Source: Octopus bimaculoides
Taxonomy: Eukaryota
Direction: 5' to 3'
Assembly: GCF_001194135.2 (NCBI RefSeq)
Contig: NC_068984.1
Location: forward strand, 59,427,977-59,491,976
Length of the DNA: 64,000 nucleotides
Part shown: positions 1 to 12,568 of the stretch, piece by piece
Position numbering within the stretch: position 1 is the stretch's first letter
Layout of the letters: every line of letters begins with the position of its first letter
Made by a program: the position numbers and the translations under genes
Notes under the pieces: generated by a model
The model's input: only the letters and a program-made list of their open reading frames with translations
Database searches by the model: none
Told to the model about the DNA's origin: nothing

Positions 1-705
1 TATACACCCTCAGGCCTTCAATGAGGCTACCACATGCTAGAAATAACAGCCAAATCTCACAAAACTGCGAAAACATAACGAAATTTTGAAAATGCGATTT
101 AAATTTTTTATTTTCTTTTCAGAATTGGATCCTCCATAACCAAAAACGTGGGATTCCGTAAAAAAAATCAATATATATTCATTTTACTCGAATTTACGAC
201 GGAAATATCGGATCTTGTGGATTTTCTTAAAGTTCTCCCCGCCTCCGAGTCGTTAGCGCGCATTTTTTTTTTCATATTTGTTTTCCATACACTTGTTAAC
301 ACCCTGCGCAGGCTGGTTAACCTTTTTTTTTGTTCCCGGGTGAATGTCTTTATATTGACCCGTGAAACTACAATTGTGAAATATTAATCAATCTCATTAA
401 AACATTTTTTAGAATATATCATTATTTAATTTAAAAGCGAACAGTACGGCTTGAACAAAAGTTTTTTTTCAACATTTCAAAATCGAAAAGTTTCGCATTA
501 TTTCGTACAGCTAGAAAATTATGAAAGCTTTTGTAGTGTATGTGTGTAAACTATGAAAGCTTCTTTCGTTATGTGCCTGTATACAAATAATCTTTATCCT
601 TATTCGTTTCAATCATTGGAATGCGAATATGTTACAGCCCCGCTTTGAAAGGTATAGTCGAACAAAGTGGAACTATTTCATACTTTTAAGCCTAGTACTT
701 ATTTT

Positions 706-834
706 GGTACTACTTAAATACAGAGGTCCCGACGCATCTATGTAACCCTAACACTAACAACGAGTGTGCACTGTAAAATCTTGCCAAAACATCGTTACGT
801 AGATGCATCGGGACCTCTGTATTTAAGTAGTGCC
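706..834. mobile_element. 129-bp MITE with GG...CC ends, about 35-40 bp TIRs and an 8-bp TSD (Merlin-like), inserted in a SINE
   Basis: GGTACTACTTAAATACAGAGGTCCCGACGCATCTA at the left versus its near-perfect reverse complement at 800-834; CTTATTTT at both 698-705 and 835-842. Confidence 0.8.
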
Positions 835-924
835 CTTATTTTATAAGTCCCTTTTGCCAAACCGCTATGTTCGTTAAAAAAAAAAAACAACACCAGTTGC
901 TAAGTAATTGCGGGACACACAAAC

Positions 925-926
<2 letters not shown>

Positions 927-964
<38 letters not shown>
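927..964. repeat. (AT)n microsatellite, representative of many (AT)n, (CA)n, (GA)n, (TAT)n, (ATAC)n and (ATCT)n tracts
   Basis: Read directly from the sequence. Confidence 0.95.
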
Positions 965-968
<4 letters not shown>

Positions 969-1695
969 GCACGCACGCACACACACATACAAACAAATCC
1001 GCTCGCAAGGCATTAGTAGATCAGGAGCTATATACCTGAGGGCACTTGCCCAAGGTGCCATGCAATGGGACTGAACCTGAAACCTAAAGTTGGGAAACTT
1101 CTTTTGTTTTGTGTTCATAAATATTGAAAGTGTGTATGGAATAAAAACATCTTATCGGAAAAAACCACTGAGAAATTTTTTATTACAACTCTACCTCTTG
1201 ATCCACCTTTACTAAAATAAGCAATAAATCTGAATTAATGTTTCAGAGGAATTTTTTAATATTTCTTTAAATAATTTGTATGTAATACAACTGCCTGTAT
1301 ATACGTATATACAACGAAAAACCTGCGTAATTTGCATGTAAAAAAAAATTGTAACGTCACCCTCACGCTTACAAAACCGCGCGCGCAAATCTACAAAGAG
1401 AATAAGCTTTCATAAGTTTTGTACACCGTTCGGATGAGTGAAATTTTCTTTTTATCTCTCTGTTGCTTCAATCACTGAACTGCAGCCATGCTGAGATACT
1501 ATTTTGAAGGGTTTAACCGAACAAATCGATCTCAATACGTTTTGTTTTAAAGTTTAGTACTTATTCTATCATTTTTTTTTTGCTGAAGCATTAATTTACG
1601 GGTACATAAACAAACTAACACCGATTATCAATAAAGTGGTGGTACGAAACCCACAAAAACAGTCACACATGCATGTTTAGTGTTAGGGTGGAGGA

Positions 1696-1789
1696 GGTAA
1701 AGAATACGTACACCACCCGTTTTCGGCGTTTAGGGTTAAGTTTAAGGTTAGGGTTACGCTGAAAACGGGTTGTGTGCATATTCTTTACC
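1696..1789. mobile_element. 94-bp MITE with GGTAAAGAATA... TIRs and a TTAGGG-like core
   Basis: GGTAAAGAATACGTACACCACCCGTTTTCGGCGT versus ACGCTGAAAACGGGTTGTGTGCATATTCTTTACC; no TSD recognisable. Confidence 0.65.
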
Positions 1790-2717
1790 TGCGCTCCTTT
1801 CAGATGGTGTAGATTCTAAATATATCGGAATGTATTGTGTGAAATTGTTTTTTCTGAGGGTCAGGAGCCAGCTTTGTTTTCCCAACTTTTTAAAAAATGA
1901 GAATATTTTTAATGAAATTTCCTGGAAATACTCTTCAGATGGTACAGATTACGATTATATTGATATTTAATGTGAGCAAAAAAAAAAAAATGGTGGATGC
2001 GCGCCAACATAAATACTGACACTTCGCATATCTAGATAATGAAACTGGAAACTTTGCAAAAAGTTACGTGTCAACACGTATGTGTGTGCGCCGATTTTTT
2101 TTCCACATTAAAATCTATATAATCGGACACTGAACTATCTGAAAGGCATTTATAGAAAATTTAATTCAAGAAATATCTATCTTTCTGTAAATTATGAGGG
2201 AACAAAGTTGGGTGGACGAACACATGTGTAGGTATGCCCGTAACTTTTTCAATTTCGAAAATCATTTTGAAATTTTGAGCTCTTTTAGGTAGAGGAGGAC
2301 GAAGCGCGCTGTTTCTTTTTTTTTTTCCAACATATACTAAGAAAAAATCCAAAAATTAACAAAAAAAAATGAAAACTTGTTTCAGACGACGTAAAATTTA
2401 TAAAAAATAAAATGAAGCTTTTTCACAAAAATCTATGTTTTTGCTGAAAACATAGATCTAAAGAAATTGTCAAACAAAATTTAAACACAAAATTGCTATA
2501 ACTGATTACATGATGTACTCTTATCTGGACTTCGCTTACAACACACGTTCATCATCATCGTCGTCAACGTCATCATTATTTAATGTCTGCTCTCCATGCT
2601 GGCATGGGTTAGAAAGTTTAGCAGGATCCAACAATTTGGAGGACTCTCATGAAAGTACCTACTCACATCTTGTCCTTCTTATTCTTAGTGTATGTCTCTT
2701 TTACACTCTCTCTCCTC

Positions 2718-3105
2718 CACTTGGTTGTGCGGTAAGAAGTTTGCTTCTCAACCACATTGTTTCAGGTTCAGTCCCACTGTATGGCACCTTGGGCAAGTGT
2801 CATCCACTATAGCCCTAGGCTGACAAAAGCCTTATGAGTGGATTTGATAGATGGAAACTGAAAGAAGCCCTTTGTATATATGTGTATTATGTGCATATCT
2901 TTGGATTTGTGTTTGTCCCCTACTGCTGCTTGACAACTGGTATTGGTTTGTTTATGTCCCCTGAAATTAGTAGTTTGATAAAAAAGACACCGATAGAATA
3001 AGTACCAAGCTTAAAAAACATTTGTACTGGGACAAATTTGTTCAACAAAAAACCTTCAAAAGCAGTGCCCCAGCATGGCTGTAGCTCAAAGACTGAAACA
3101 AGTGA
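2718..3105 (+). mobile_element. Abundant tRNA-derived SINE family A (representative). Other copies near 590-1100(-), 8790-9040, 21520-21690, 22610-22790, 23625-24005, 25080-25460(-), 29130-29330, 31630-31890, 35335-35500(-), 45105-45275, 58390-58730(-), 60880-61480(-), 62790-62960(-)
   Basis: Recurrent GGTTCAGTCCCACTG..GGCACCTTGGGCAAGTGTCTTCTACTATAGCC...GAAACTGAAAGAAGCCC..(TA/TG)n..GATAGAATAAGTAC..CCAGCATGGC motifs. Confidence 0.85.
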
Positions 3106-3519
3106 AAAGAAAAAAAAAATGGTAGCTTCATTTACTTTTGGAAGGTTATTGTTTCTTTTTCATTTATTTTTTAAAAACTTCCTGTCTTTTCACATCCTTT
3201 CTCTTTGAGCTGCAGTCTTGAGATAAGTTTCAAAGTTGGATGTTTAACAAATGAGCTGTTGTCAGTTGATCACTGTTTTCTAGAAGCTGGACAATGCTGG
3301 TGGTAGAAAGTCAACACATTCTATAGAGGATTAGTGAAGGGTAAGAGTAACAATGAACTGGGAATAATTCTCAGTGTTGACATGGATAGTGAGGGTGTTA
3401 AAAGAATCAGAAGAGCATTGATAAAAATACTTTAGGTATTTTATTACAATCCTTTGTACTCTGGGTTCAAATCTTTGCATTATTCTAGGGTAGATCTCAT
3501 AGAAAATCTGCCTCAATTA

Positions 3520-4801
3520 CAGGGTATTCAGGCTAAATTTGATAGTTTGCATAAAAGGAAAAGATAACACAATATCCCATCCAAAAATAAAAGTATTTTT
3601 TAAAAAATCAAAAAATATCAACTAAATTATGGCTGGGAGATAACAGATAAAAGTTGCTGTCCTTAGCTTCCCCCACAGCCTCAAGGCAGCTCTGGAATCT
3701 GGCTCATGCATTCCTCACCATGTTTCTGGAAAGATCTTCAAATACCATCTTGATCTTGGCCACCAGCTCAGCCTTGGTGTTGCAGACAGAGTGGTTGGTT
3801 TCTTTTTCAACTGCATCCCACACATAGTAATTCATGGAATTACAATCGGGAATTAGGAGGCCAGAAATTGGGGTTGATGACGTAGAAATTCTCCAACAAG
3901 CACTTCTCTTTCCAGAGGTATGGCAAGAAACTGAATCCGGCTATCACACATACAGCCTTTTGGTACCCACCTTTTCCAGCCAGGTTTGACCACAGTCTCC
4001 AGCAGTTTCACATAGCCATCTGAATTGAGCCTAAGGCCGTGTTCAAAGATGTGGAGCAGCATGATGTCACCTCAATGGAGACACACTAAAAAATCATCAC
4101 AGTTTGGGGAAACTTGGTTTTTATAATATGTGGACATCTCATGGATTGTAGGCAAGTCAGCTGTTGTTTTGAGTGTTGTGTAACTGGTCCTGGCAGAAGT
4201 TCTTGTCATCAGAGAAGAATCAGATCATCCCTAGCTCAACAAGATACCTCAATTTATTCAGGAGCTTCTTTGCCTTCATCAAGTAGTGTTCTTTGGCCTT
4301 AGCTGTCAGAATTTGTCCCTTGCACCTCTTGTACAAGTGGTAGCAAAGTCCTTGTTCAGGGCCAGCTTCATAGTGGTGACTCCAACATCCATCTCTCTTG
4401 CCAAAGCCCAGATTCCTTTGCTCAGACCTTCCATCACTTGTCCTGCAGTTGTTGAATGAATTCCAACATATGGACACAGTCAGAATACCTGCTGTGTCCT
4501 TTCCTGCTGGCTGCAGTTTTGTAGTCTCCATTGCAGCTGTCCATGTCATGTCTTACACCCTTTGCAGTGTTCACAGAGCATTGAGCAGCAGTCATGATGT
4601 TAGAAGTTTTATACTCAGTGTGAATCATCATGATACAGATAACCTTTTCCTGATATTCCAGTCCTCCATGTTAGCTAACTTTTTCTCAACTATAACATTA
4701 ATCTTTATGCTCTCCAATGCCATTCACCATTTACCAATACATCAATCTGCTCGTGAAAAAAAGAGCCACACAAAATCGTCAAGTTTAGTTTGAGCATCCT
4801 G
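3520..4801 (-). mobile_element. Full-length but decayed Tc1/mariner element, maT (DD37D) type
   Basis: TA-flanked imperfect TIRs (CAGGGTATTCAGGCTAAATTTG / CAGGATGCTCAAACTAAACTTG). Minus-strand remnants FFSDDKNFCQDQ, KTKFPQTVM, GLRLNSDGY, FWPPNS.DCNSMNYYVWDAVEKETN with stops and frameshifts. Confidence 0.85.
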
Positions 4802-5617
4802 TAACTCTGTCCAACCAAACAAGCATGGAATGGACATTAAAATGATGATGATGATGATGATGATACATACACACAAATACACATGTGTATGTATATGTTT
4901 ATATGAATATGTATGTGTGTCTGTGTGTTTGATTACATTTGCACATCTCCAAAAATCACTGAACTAAAGCAGTGACATTGTTGTAATTTCTTCTTTCAAC
5001 AAAAATCATTTGCTAGCTTTGTGTCTTTGAAGACTTATGGAATAAGAAGTTCCTTTCTTGAAAAACAGATAAAGGTTAGTGACAGGAAGGTCATCCTGCT
5101 GTAAAACAATGTTTCAATAATGTATTTGTTTAACTCTTGACAGTATAGAAAAACAGGCATAAAAAATGGACAAGTACTTATATATGTGTATGTGTGTGTT
5201 TATGTCATCATCATCATCATCATCACCACCACTTAGCATCCATTTTCCATGCTTGTATGGGCTAGCCAGTTTGACAGGATCCAGCAAGCTGCAGTATCTG
5301 TTTTGGTAAGTTTTCTAGGCTAAGTGCCCTTCTTAATGCTAACCATCTCACAGTTTGTACTGGAGCTTTTTTCATGCCACTGGTATAAGTGACATCACCA
5401 AGTAAGTTGCAATATTTACTTAGGACAGTATTAGGAAGTGGATAGTGGTGCTGAGAGGCTAAAGTATACACATACACACACATGCATATATGTATGTGCA
5501 TGCATGTAATATGTGCTTGTGTTTGTGCAAGTGTGTGTGTGCATATGGATATGGATGTGTGTGTGTTAAATATAACTTCTCTCCTAATAAATCAAAACAT
5601 TTTTCTTAATTTTGCAG

Positions 5618-5721
5618 GTCAATATTCTGTTAATTATGATTTGGTATTAAATAGTCCCAAAGCAGTATCTGGTCCATTTAAATCTAAATCAAGTCGGATC
5701 CAAGCAGTTGAAGAACTGTCA
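5618..5721 (+). CDS. STPG1: STPG1/MAPO2-like (sperm-tail PG-rich repeat protein) internal exon: (G)QYSVNYDLVLNSPKAVSGPFKSKSSRIQAVEELS
   Basis: Acceptor tttgcAG at 5616-17 and donor GTAAGT at 5722; phase 1 in, phase 0 out. Resembles the recalled vertebrate STPG1 segment [27 protein letters not shown]. Upstream exons were not found in 1-5617 and presumably lie left of the window. Confidence 0.85.
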
Positions 5722-5767
5722 GTAAGTCTAATTTAACACAATTTATTATATTCTAACATTTAGTTAT

Positions 5768-5983
5768 CCCTTTAGCATTTAAACCAATCATATCCAGCCT
5801 AAATATTCTATCTGTTTTATGTTCAAACCTGCCAGATCCAGCCTCTTACACCTACTCTACACTGTCATTCTAAAAATATACGACTACATCATCAGAATCT
5901 TTAAGATACAAGATGATGCTTGATTAATTCAAAACAATGTGAATAAATAAGCATTACATATGACAAGCAATCTGAATGCTAAA
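5768..5983 (-). mobile_element. piggyBac-type MITE copy (same family as 43640-43859), degenerate
   Basis: Reverse-complement similarity to 43640-43859; CCCTTTAGCATTT terminus. Confidence 0.6.
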
Positions 5984-6539
5984 ATTTTGTATGATGTCAT
6001 AAGACATTACCAACCATGATAGGAACAGCTTTAGAGTAAGAATAAGAAGTAATTGAGTGCTCTTGATGATTAAAATACTATTTTTAGTGGTGATGGTTAT
6101 GGTGGTTGTGGTGGTAATTGAGAAGGAAGAGGTGACGGATGTTTGGTCATTTGGTTGTTATTGCATTTGTCCTTACCATTATCTATTTTCAGTCAGCCAT
6201 AAACCTTTTAACAAAATATAATCAGATATGTGAATACCGTGGATACCAGTTTTATTGTCATGCTCTTGCTTGATGGGGCTGGGGTCATCTCAGGTTAGTG
6301 GACCCAGAGATGTTATCCTGTGTAGAGCCAACCAGGTCCACCTTGCTCTCCATCACTGATGGTTCTGTGCCAGCCCCTCTGCATTCTCCAAGGTGACGTC
6401 AAGCCTCTGGAGATCTCCCCCAATCACATCCAGCCTCTTCCAGTCTGTAGCTGCCATGTTGAATGAAAGTAAAGCCCCGGTAAGATGATCTAGCGGGAAA
6501 TAGAGGATCATGTACAGAGAAGAATCAGCAAAGCTTGGC

Positions 6540-6960
6540 CTTCAGGTTAGTTGGGTGAAGATCAAGCTGATGCATGTTGGAGATGGCCTGGACCCATCCC
6601 TCTCCGTATTGGTCCCAACATCATGAAGTTTGTCAGCTCTTTCATCTACCTGGGCTCCATAGTCACCAACAAAAAAAGACCTGACCACAGAGATCAAGCA
6701 CAGATGTGGTTTGCCCACCAGGGTCATGTACTCCCTTTAGTACCACTGCTCTATCACCAGGAAGACAAAGCACCTCATCTACAATGCATCAGCCTTCTCC
6801 ATTCTCCTCTTCGGAGAAGATAAGCAGCCCCTCTCAAAGACCCTGGCAAAGAGGATTGACAACTTCTATAGCAGATCCCTGAGAACCATTGAGAACATCA
6901 GATGGTACCATCATGTTTTCAACAAAGAACTGCGTACACGCATACATCAGCCTGCACTGG
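6540..6960 (+). mobile_element. RTE-clade LINE fragment (RT C-terminal region)
   Basis: KFVSSFIYLGSIV motif followed by degenerate RTE-like sequence. Confidence 0.6.
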
Positions 6961-7784
6961 TACAAACATGTCATTTGTCTCCTCTAAGATTATCTTACAA
7001 AGCTTTGTCATTAAATAAAATATTTCATATTGAGTGATTCACAGATTTCTGGCTATTGTTGCCTTTTATAACTTTTGTTCAAAATTTTCAATGATGAGGC
7101 TGATAGTTGGTAAGTTGTACAGTTGAAAAATCTTATTATCCAAAGTGCCGTAGATTTTCTGTGACTTGCAGAAAATTACCAATTTCATTGTTTGGTAGAT
7201 ATTCAACAACATTATTGGAATAACCATGAAATTTAATTTTACAGTAAAGGGTTAATACTGTGTTATATTACTGATTTTAATGGACATCGAAAATTCAAGG
7301 AATTTTGTCTTTTACAAGCAAGTCTACCATACCTTTCTTGATCATGGACAACACCAGAACCTTTTGTTTTTCTCTAAATGAGTATACTCTGCAGACAGTA
7401 AACAGATGTGAAATGTGTCATTATTGCCACACCTCATGTTATGCAATCAATTAAAAGTATGACCAATTTATACAGGATGGTTGCCCACTACACCTGTGTG
7501 TTTTGCTCAAACTTTTAATTGTTTAAACAGTGATAGTTAACAGCAGCAACATCAAAAACAACAGAAATAACAATAATCCAGTGCCGATGATACAATATAA
7601 ACTCAAGTCCCATGAACTATGAGGTGCTTACTTTATCCACATTCTCATTTCTTTGGGGGAAAACAAGAAAAACAATTTAATTATAAAATTTATTTAAGTA
7701 TTTCATATCTTCTTTTAACTGTTAAGCATTCTTATTCAACTACTTCAGTTTTTTAAAAACTTCATTAAAAAAATTTTTTTGCAG

Positions 7785-7849
7785 GTTCCTGGGCCTGGAT
7801 CATACAACCCAGAAGCAAAAATTCCATTGAGTAAGAAACCTAAGGATTT
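7785..7849 (+). CDS. STPG1: STPG1-like exon: VPGPGSYNPEAKIPLSKKPKD(L)
   Basis: Acceptor tttttgcAG, donor GTAAGT at 7850; phase 0 in, phase 2 out; canonical PGPGxY SHIPPO/STPG repeat. Confidence 0.88.
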
Positions 7850-9171
7850 GTAAGTGATTTCATATCATTTCTTTAGAGAAAAAAATCAGTATAGCTATAA
7901 CTGTACTATAGCTTAAACCATAGCTATAAATTTTTTATTTATATTTACCATAGGTAAACAAGATAAGTCTTTGCCACAAATACCACCTTATTCCATTTGA
8001 ACATGCTGTAAATCTCTTGAAAATCCTATGACATTACAGATACATTACTGTTTCACTAATTCTTCAGTTATACATCAGGAGGCTATTCTCAATATGACAC
8101 AAATCTATAGTTTAATAGAAGTTACAGTTTTCTATATCTTTAAAAAAAAGTTTTTCAAATAAGATGCAGTAACACTTATCATTTCTTAACATTATATTAC
8201 AAAGTAAAAGAAGTCCTATGAACTATTGAGTTATTTTTGTTTCTAGGCCGGGTCAATAATGTAGAGCTCATCTTTATTTAACCTAAACTTCTGAGATATG
8301 TTATCATAAGTACATTTTCTAGATTATTAATCTCTACTTGTCATTTTCACAATATCTCAATAGCTAATGGCAGCTATAACGTAATTAAATCCCCAACAAA
8401 ACTTTCTGATTTCCACTCTACTTCATTTTAAATATATAATGGAAAAAAATTCAAAGAATTTCAGAAGTGAACTATGCTCTTTAAATCCATCTCTAGAATA
8501 AAATCTAAGTGATAAAATCTAATATTTTCATCATTTAATGTCTAAATTACCGTATTTCATTATGCAACCATAATAGACTACAAAATATAGTAAACACTTT
8601 AAAAGTCAATACTGTATCATACCATGTTAGCAGTGCTATTAAATCACTTTTTAAGGCTACCTCTACTGATTTTTTATTGAAATTGTATCCAGCACTGATT
8701 TGTTACAAAGTTTCATATCTGAATACATCTAATGTAAACAATGTGATTGATGATGGAAAAATAGGTAATGAGTGGTAATAGGCGTAAGAGTGGCTGTGTG
8801 GTAAGTAGCTTCAGTCCCACTGCGTGGCATCTTGGGCAAGTGTCTTCTACTATAGCCTCGGGCCGACCAAAGCCTTGTGAATGAATTTGGTAGATGGAAA
8901 CTGAAAGAAGCCCGTCGTATATATGTATATATATATATGTCGGTTGTCCCCCCAACATCGCTTGACAACTGATGCTGGTGTGTTTATGTCCCCGTAAATT
9001 AGCGGTTCGGCAAAAGAGACCGATAGAATAAGTAATAATAATAAGATACAATATTATATTCTTGTATCAGCCTCTTTAGCAGTTTGCTTACTACTCAGAG
9101 TTGAGATAACCCTGGCAGTTATCTGAAAAAGCTAAAAGAAATTGTATGATGTGAGTTCTTTGCTTTGGTGT

Positions 9172-9202
<31 letters not shown>

Positions 9203-9205
<3 letters not shown>

Positions 9206-9480
9206 GTAAAAATATGTGACACTTATTCGGTAGCCATGATAAAACTCCGAGTTTCGGATGCCGGGGTGGGAGCCCATGCCAACATCTCTTCAGTTATCCG
9301 GCCACTGAAAATTTCTGTGAAAAATGACCGTTAAACGAAGGGAAATTACTGTGTAGTGACCATCATTAAGACAAAAGAGCTAATAGACCGCTAAGTAGGT
9401 TAAGGTAAGGGAGTAGAGAAGTCTATAGGTTCGCGTAACCGCATCAATCCGTCCATCCGCCTATACTTATATACTAAAAC
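9203..9480 (-). mobile_element. Penelope-like terminal (pLTR) fragment abutting (TA)n, carrying a hammerhead motif
   Basis: Hammerhead fold at 9238-9298 followed by a short tail ending in a (TA)n tract. The PLE origin is inferred from this architecture; no ORF was seen. Confidence 0.5.
9238..9298 (-). ncRNA. Type I hammerhead ribozyme motif with long stem II
   Basis: GAUAA-CUGAAGA-[GAUGUUGG...CCGGCAUC]-C-GAAA-CUC-G-GAG-UU^UUAUC. Stems I-III pair; one unpaired C precedes GAAA. Confidence 0.65.
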
Positions 9481-10349
9481 TACCCTCGCTTTAAACACAC
9501 ACATGCTCACCCACATACTCACCAAAAACTATACATGTATGTAAACACACTCATGCTCACCCACACATTCGCTAAAGACTATACATATATGTACATATGC
9601 ATCCACACTCACACGCACACAACAACCCTGCACCCATACATACGCACGCAAGAAAAATCATTTTATATAGGGCTAAAAACAAGAAACAGTGTGGGAAAGC
9701 TATAAGGTGAAACTGCGTCTAAAACTGCGCATATTCTTGCATGCACGCACATATATCTATATACGCACGCACCCATGATAATTAAAACTTTTGAAATAGA
9801 AAACAATAAATTTAGAAACAAAATTTGAGATCATAAGAGAGAAAAAAATGGAAAACACATGAGAATTTTCTTTGCATGAATGATATTAATGAATAAAAAA
9901 AAATATGAATGAAAATAAGTGTGCAGTCCCTGAAATCTACAAGCAATGGAATAGTAAGTGTTTTTACCACCTTTACTAAGACAAAAACACAGTTGAAGCA
10001 TTAGGTTTCTTCCCCTCCCAATCAGAAATAACAGAAGAATACAGTTGAGCACACACACACAAATTGTTAATGTAGAGGGAAAGTACCTATTTTGGAATTG
10101 CATGTCCTGAAGAAACTACACTGCAAAGAAACAAAAACCATCTATACAAGGTTTCAAAGTAGCTAAAGCTTTGTTAATATTATGACTGAAAGTTCTATGA
10201 TATTTGCATTTATTAATATAGGAAACATATCTAATGTATTAAGCATTTATACCTAATGCCTATAAAAATAGACTTTGTGTCTAAAAAAGAAATGAATATA
10301 TACATGTGTGTGTACACACATACATGCACATATGCATGCACACACGCAT

Positions 10350-10385
<36 letters not shown>

Positions 10386-11045
10386 CAATAATATATTATA
10401 AACTTGGCAGAATCAGTAGAGCAATAAATAAGATACATCCATTTATATTCAGAATTCAAATCCTGTTGGCTTTGATCTGGTTTTTCATCCTTATGAAGAT
10501 CAATAAAATAATAAAGTACCATGTAAAGTGCTGCTACTATATAATGGCCTCTATTCTTTCCTCAAAATTTGTAGCCCCATACCTGTCAATAATCTGTGAT
10601 GTGCTGAAGGTTTTATGACACCTTTTTTTAAAAATTATTTTTCTTATATATAAACTTATATAAAACACCAATTATCCTATAAAGCTGCCTTTTAATTACT
10701 AGGGTGTTGGTGTGGACATTTTTATTTTATAAAAAATTTTTTTAAAATATTTTCTATATCCCATTGTTAGGAAACCTTGATAATCTTGAGTGAAAATATT
10801 AGCAATTTAGGACTCTCTTTCTAATATTTTGTTGAATCACTGCGACTAAAATACCTGTTTTATTTGTTATACTCACAGTTGAATAGCTGGTTTATCAAGC
10901 AAGCTCTGATGCATTTGAGTTTTTTTTCTTGAATAGAGATTCAAACAAATAACAGACACATGAGTATGTAAAATGTCAATGATATATATGTCATCATGAC
11001 CAACTTTAATGTTTGACGCTCATTTTCCGTGCTGGTATGGGTTGA

Positions 11046-11116
<71 letters not shown>

Positions 11117-12003
11117 TGTGTGTCAATAGCCAGCTGGAGGAGATGTTCTCCTGGGGCTAAAAGCAACAGTAACATTCACCCTTAGGGTTTAGCTGCATTT
11201 AAGTGGCAAATATACTACGCGTTGTCGTGCAGTTACTGTTTATACCTCGTTCAGAGATTTAACATATATATATATATATACTGTTTGTGAGTTTGTATCT
11301 GTGCATAGTAATGTGTATCAAGCAAGCGAGTAAATACACAATTAGCTCCCACTGTGGGATTATGTCTGCAATGACATATGTCAATTGTGAACAGCATAAG
11401 AGATAGGTTGAATTAAAAGTAGCTATTTTGTTGTGATTGTTGCCATAAGGAAAAGCTCTTATAATTTTGGAACTGCCTTCACTTATGTCACCAGACATCA
11501 CAGAAAGATGTGCATGTCATAAATTTCCCCTTTCTTGTCCCTAGATTTTGCCATGTAATTTAATTCTCTATTCTGTTTTGTGTTAGGCCACTATTGCTTG
11601 TTAGTTTGGTGAATTACGCTAGGTATTTTTTCTGTCAAAACTAGAGGAGTTGAGTTCCCAGATTTGGAGACTTTTCAAACCCTCCTAATTACTTAAGAAT
11701 GTTGAAAGCAAGAAAATTATCTTTGAATGTTTAACAGATACACTAGTAGTTATGAGGTCAATTTGCAAAGAATAGAAACAAAATTCCTCCAGATGTTTAT
11801 ATAAGATACATTTGTGTTTGTAAGTGCAAATTGTCAAAAGTAAAAGAATAGATATATCAAATTTATTTACAATGTAAATAAATATTTGTATTTAATTGGA
11901 ACTGTTTTCATTTTGAGTTTGAATCCCACTGAAATTGACTTTGTTTTATATTCTTCTGGAGTCGAGAAAATATGTACCAGTTAAGAGCTGGAGTTCAATT
12001 TAG

Positions 12004-12223
12004 CCCTTTTGTTACAATATTTTTGTTGAAATACACTGCCTTTGTGTCAATTAATTTTGAAAATAATTAATTTAGTGAAGTAAATTTGTTTTTATTTAGC
12101 TAGTGTTTAGAACATGAATTATCACAGAATTTTGATGGAAAGTTTTTAATTTAGACCACTTTAAAAGAGGAAATTTGTGTTGTAGATCTAAGGGTAATTT
12201 TAGGTAGGTTGGTATCCAAAGGG
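12004..12223. mobile_element. About 220-bp piggyBac-type MITE (second family)
   Basis: CCCTTT...AAAGGG ends; TTAA at the right flank and TTAG at the left. Confidence 0.55.
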
Positions 12224-12377
12224 TTAATTATTCCCCTCCAAAATATTTTGGTTTTATCTTTAAATGAAAAATCAATGTTTATAATCAATGATAAACAAAA
12301 ATACAGTAGACCAGGCTTGTTTATTGTGTAAGCTGGTTAAAGAAATGATAATTATTTTTCTTTGTCCTTTTTTTCAG

Positions 12378-12568
12378 AAGGAAACATTATTTATGTTTAT
12401 CTGCACCTGCCCATCAACTGAAGCCCCAACCAACACTTCCAGGACCTGGAACATATGAAATTAAATCAGAATTTACAAAGAAAGTTCTAAGGCATGTGTC
12501 CAGCCCAGCTTTTGTTTCAACTGCCAAGCGGATGGGTCCTTCTCCTGATACATCTGGACCAGGGCCAG
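12378..12568 (+). CDS. STPG1: STPG1-like exon: RKHYLCLSAPAHQLKPQPTLPGPGTYEIKSEFTKKVLRHVSSPAFVSTAKRMGPSPDTSGPGP
   Basis: Polypyrimidine tract plus cAG, donor GTGAG at 12569; phase 2 in, phase 1 out. Parallels recalled STPG1 FSAQPSPLPPKPPFPGPGQYEI...SASFVSNTSR...PGP. Confidence 0.9.
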
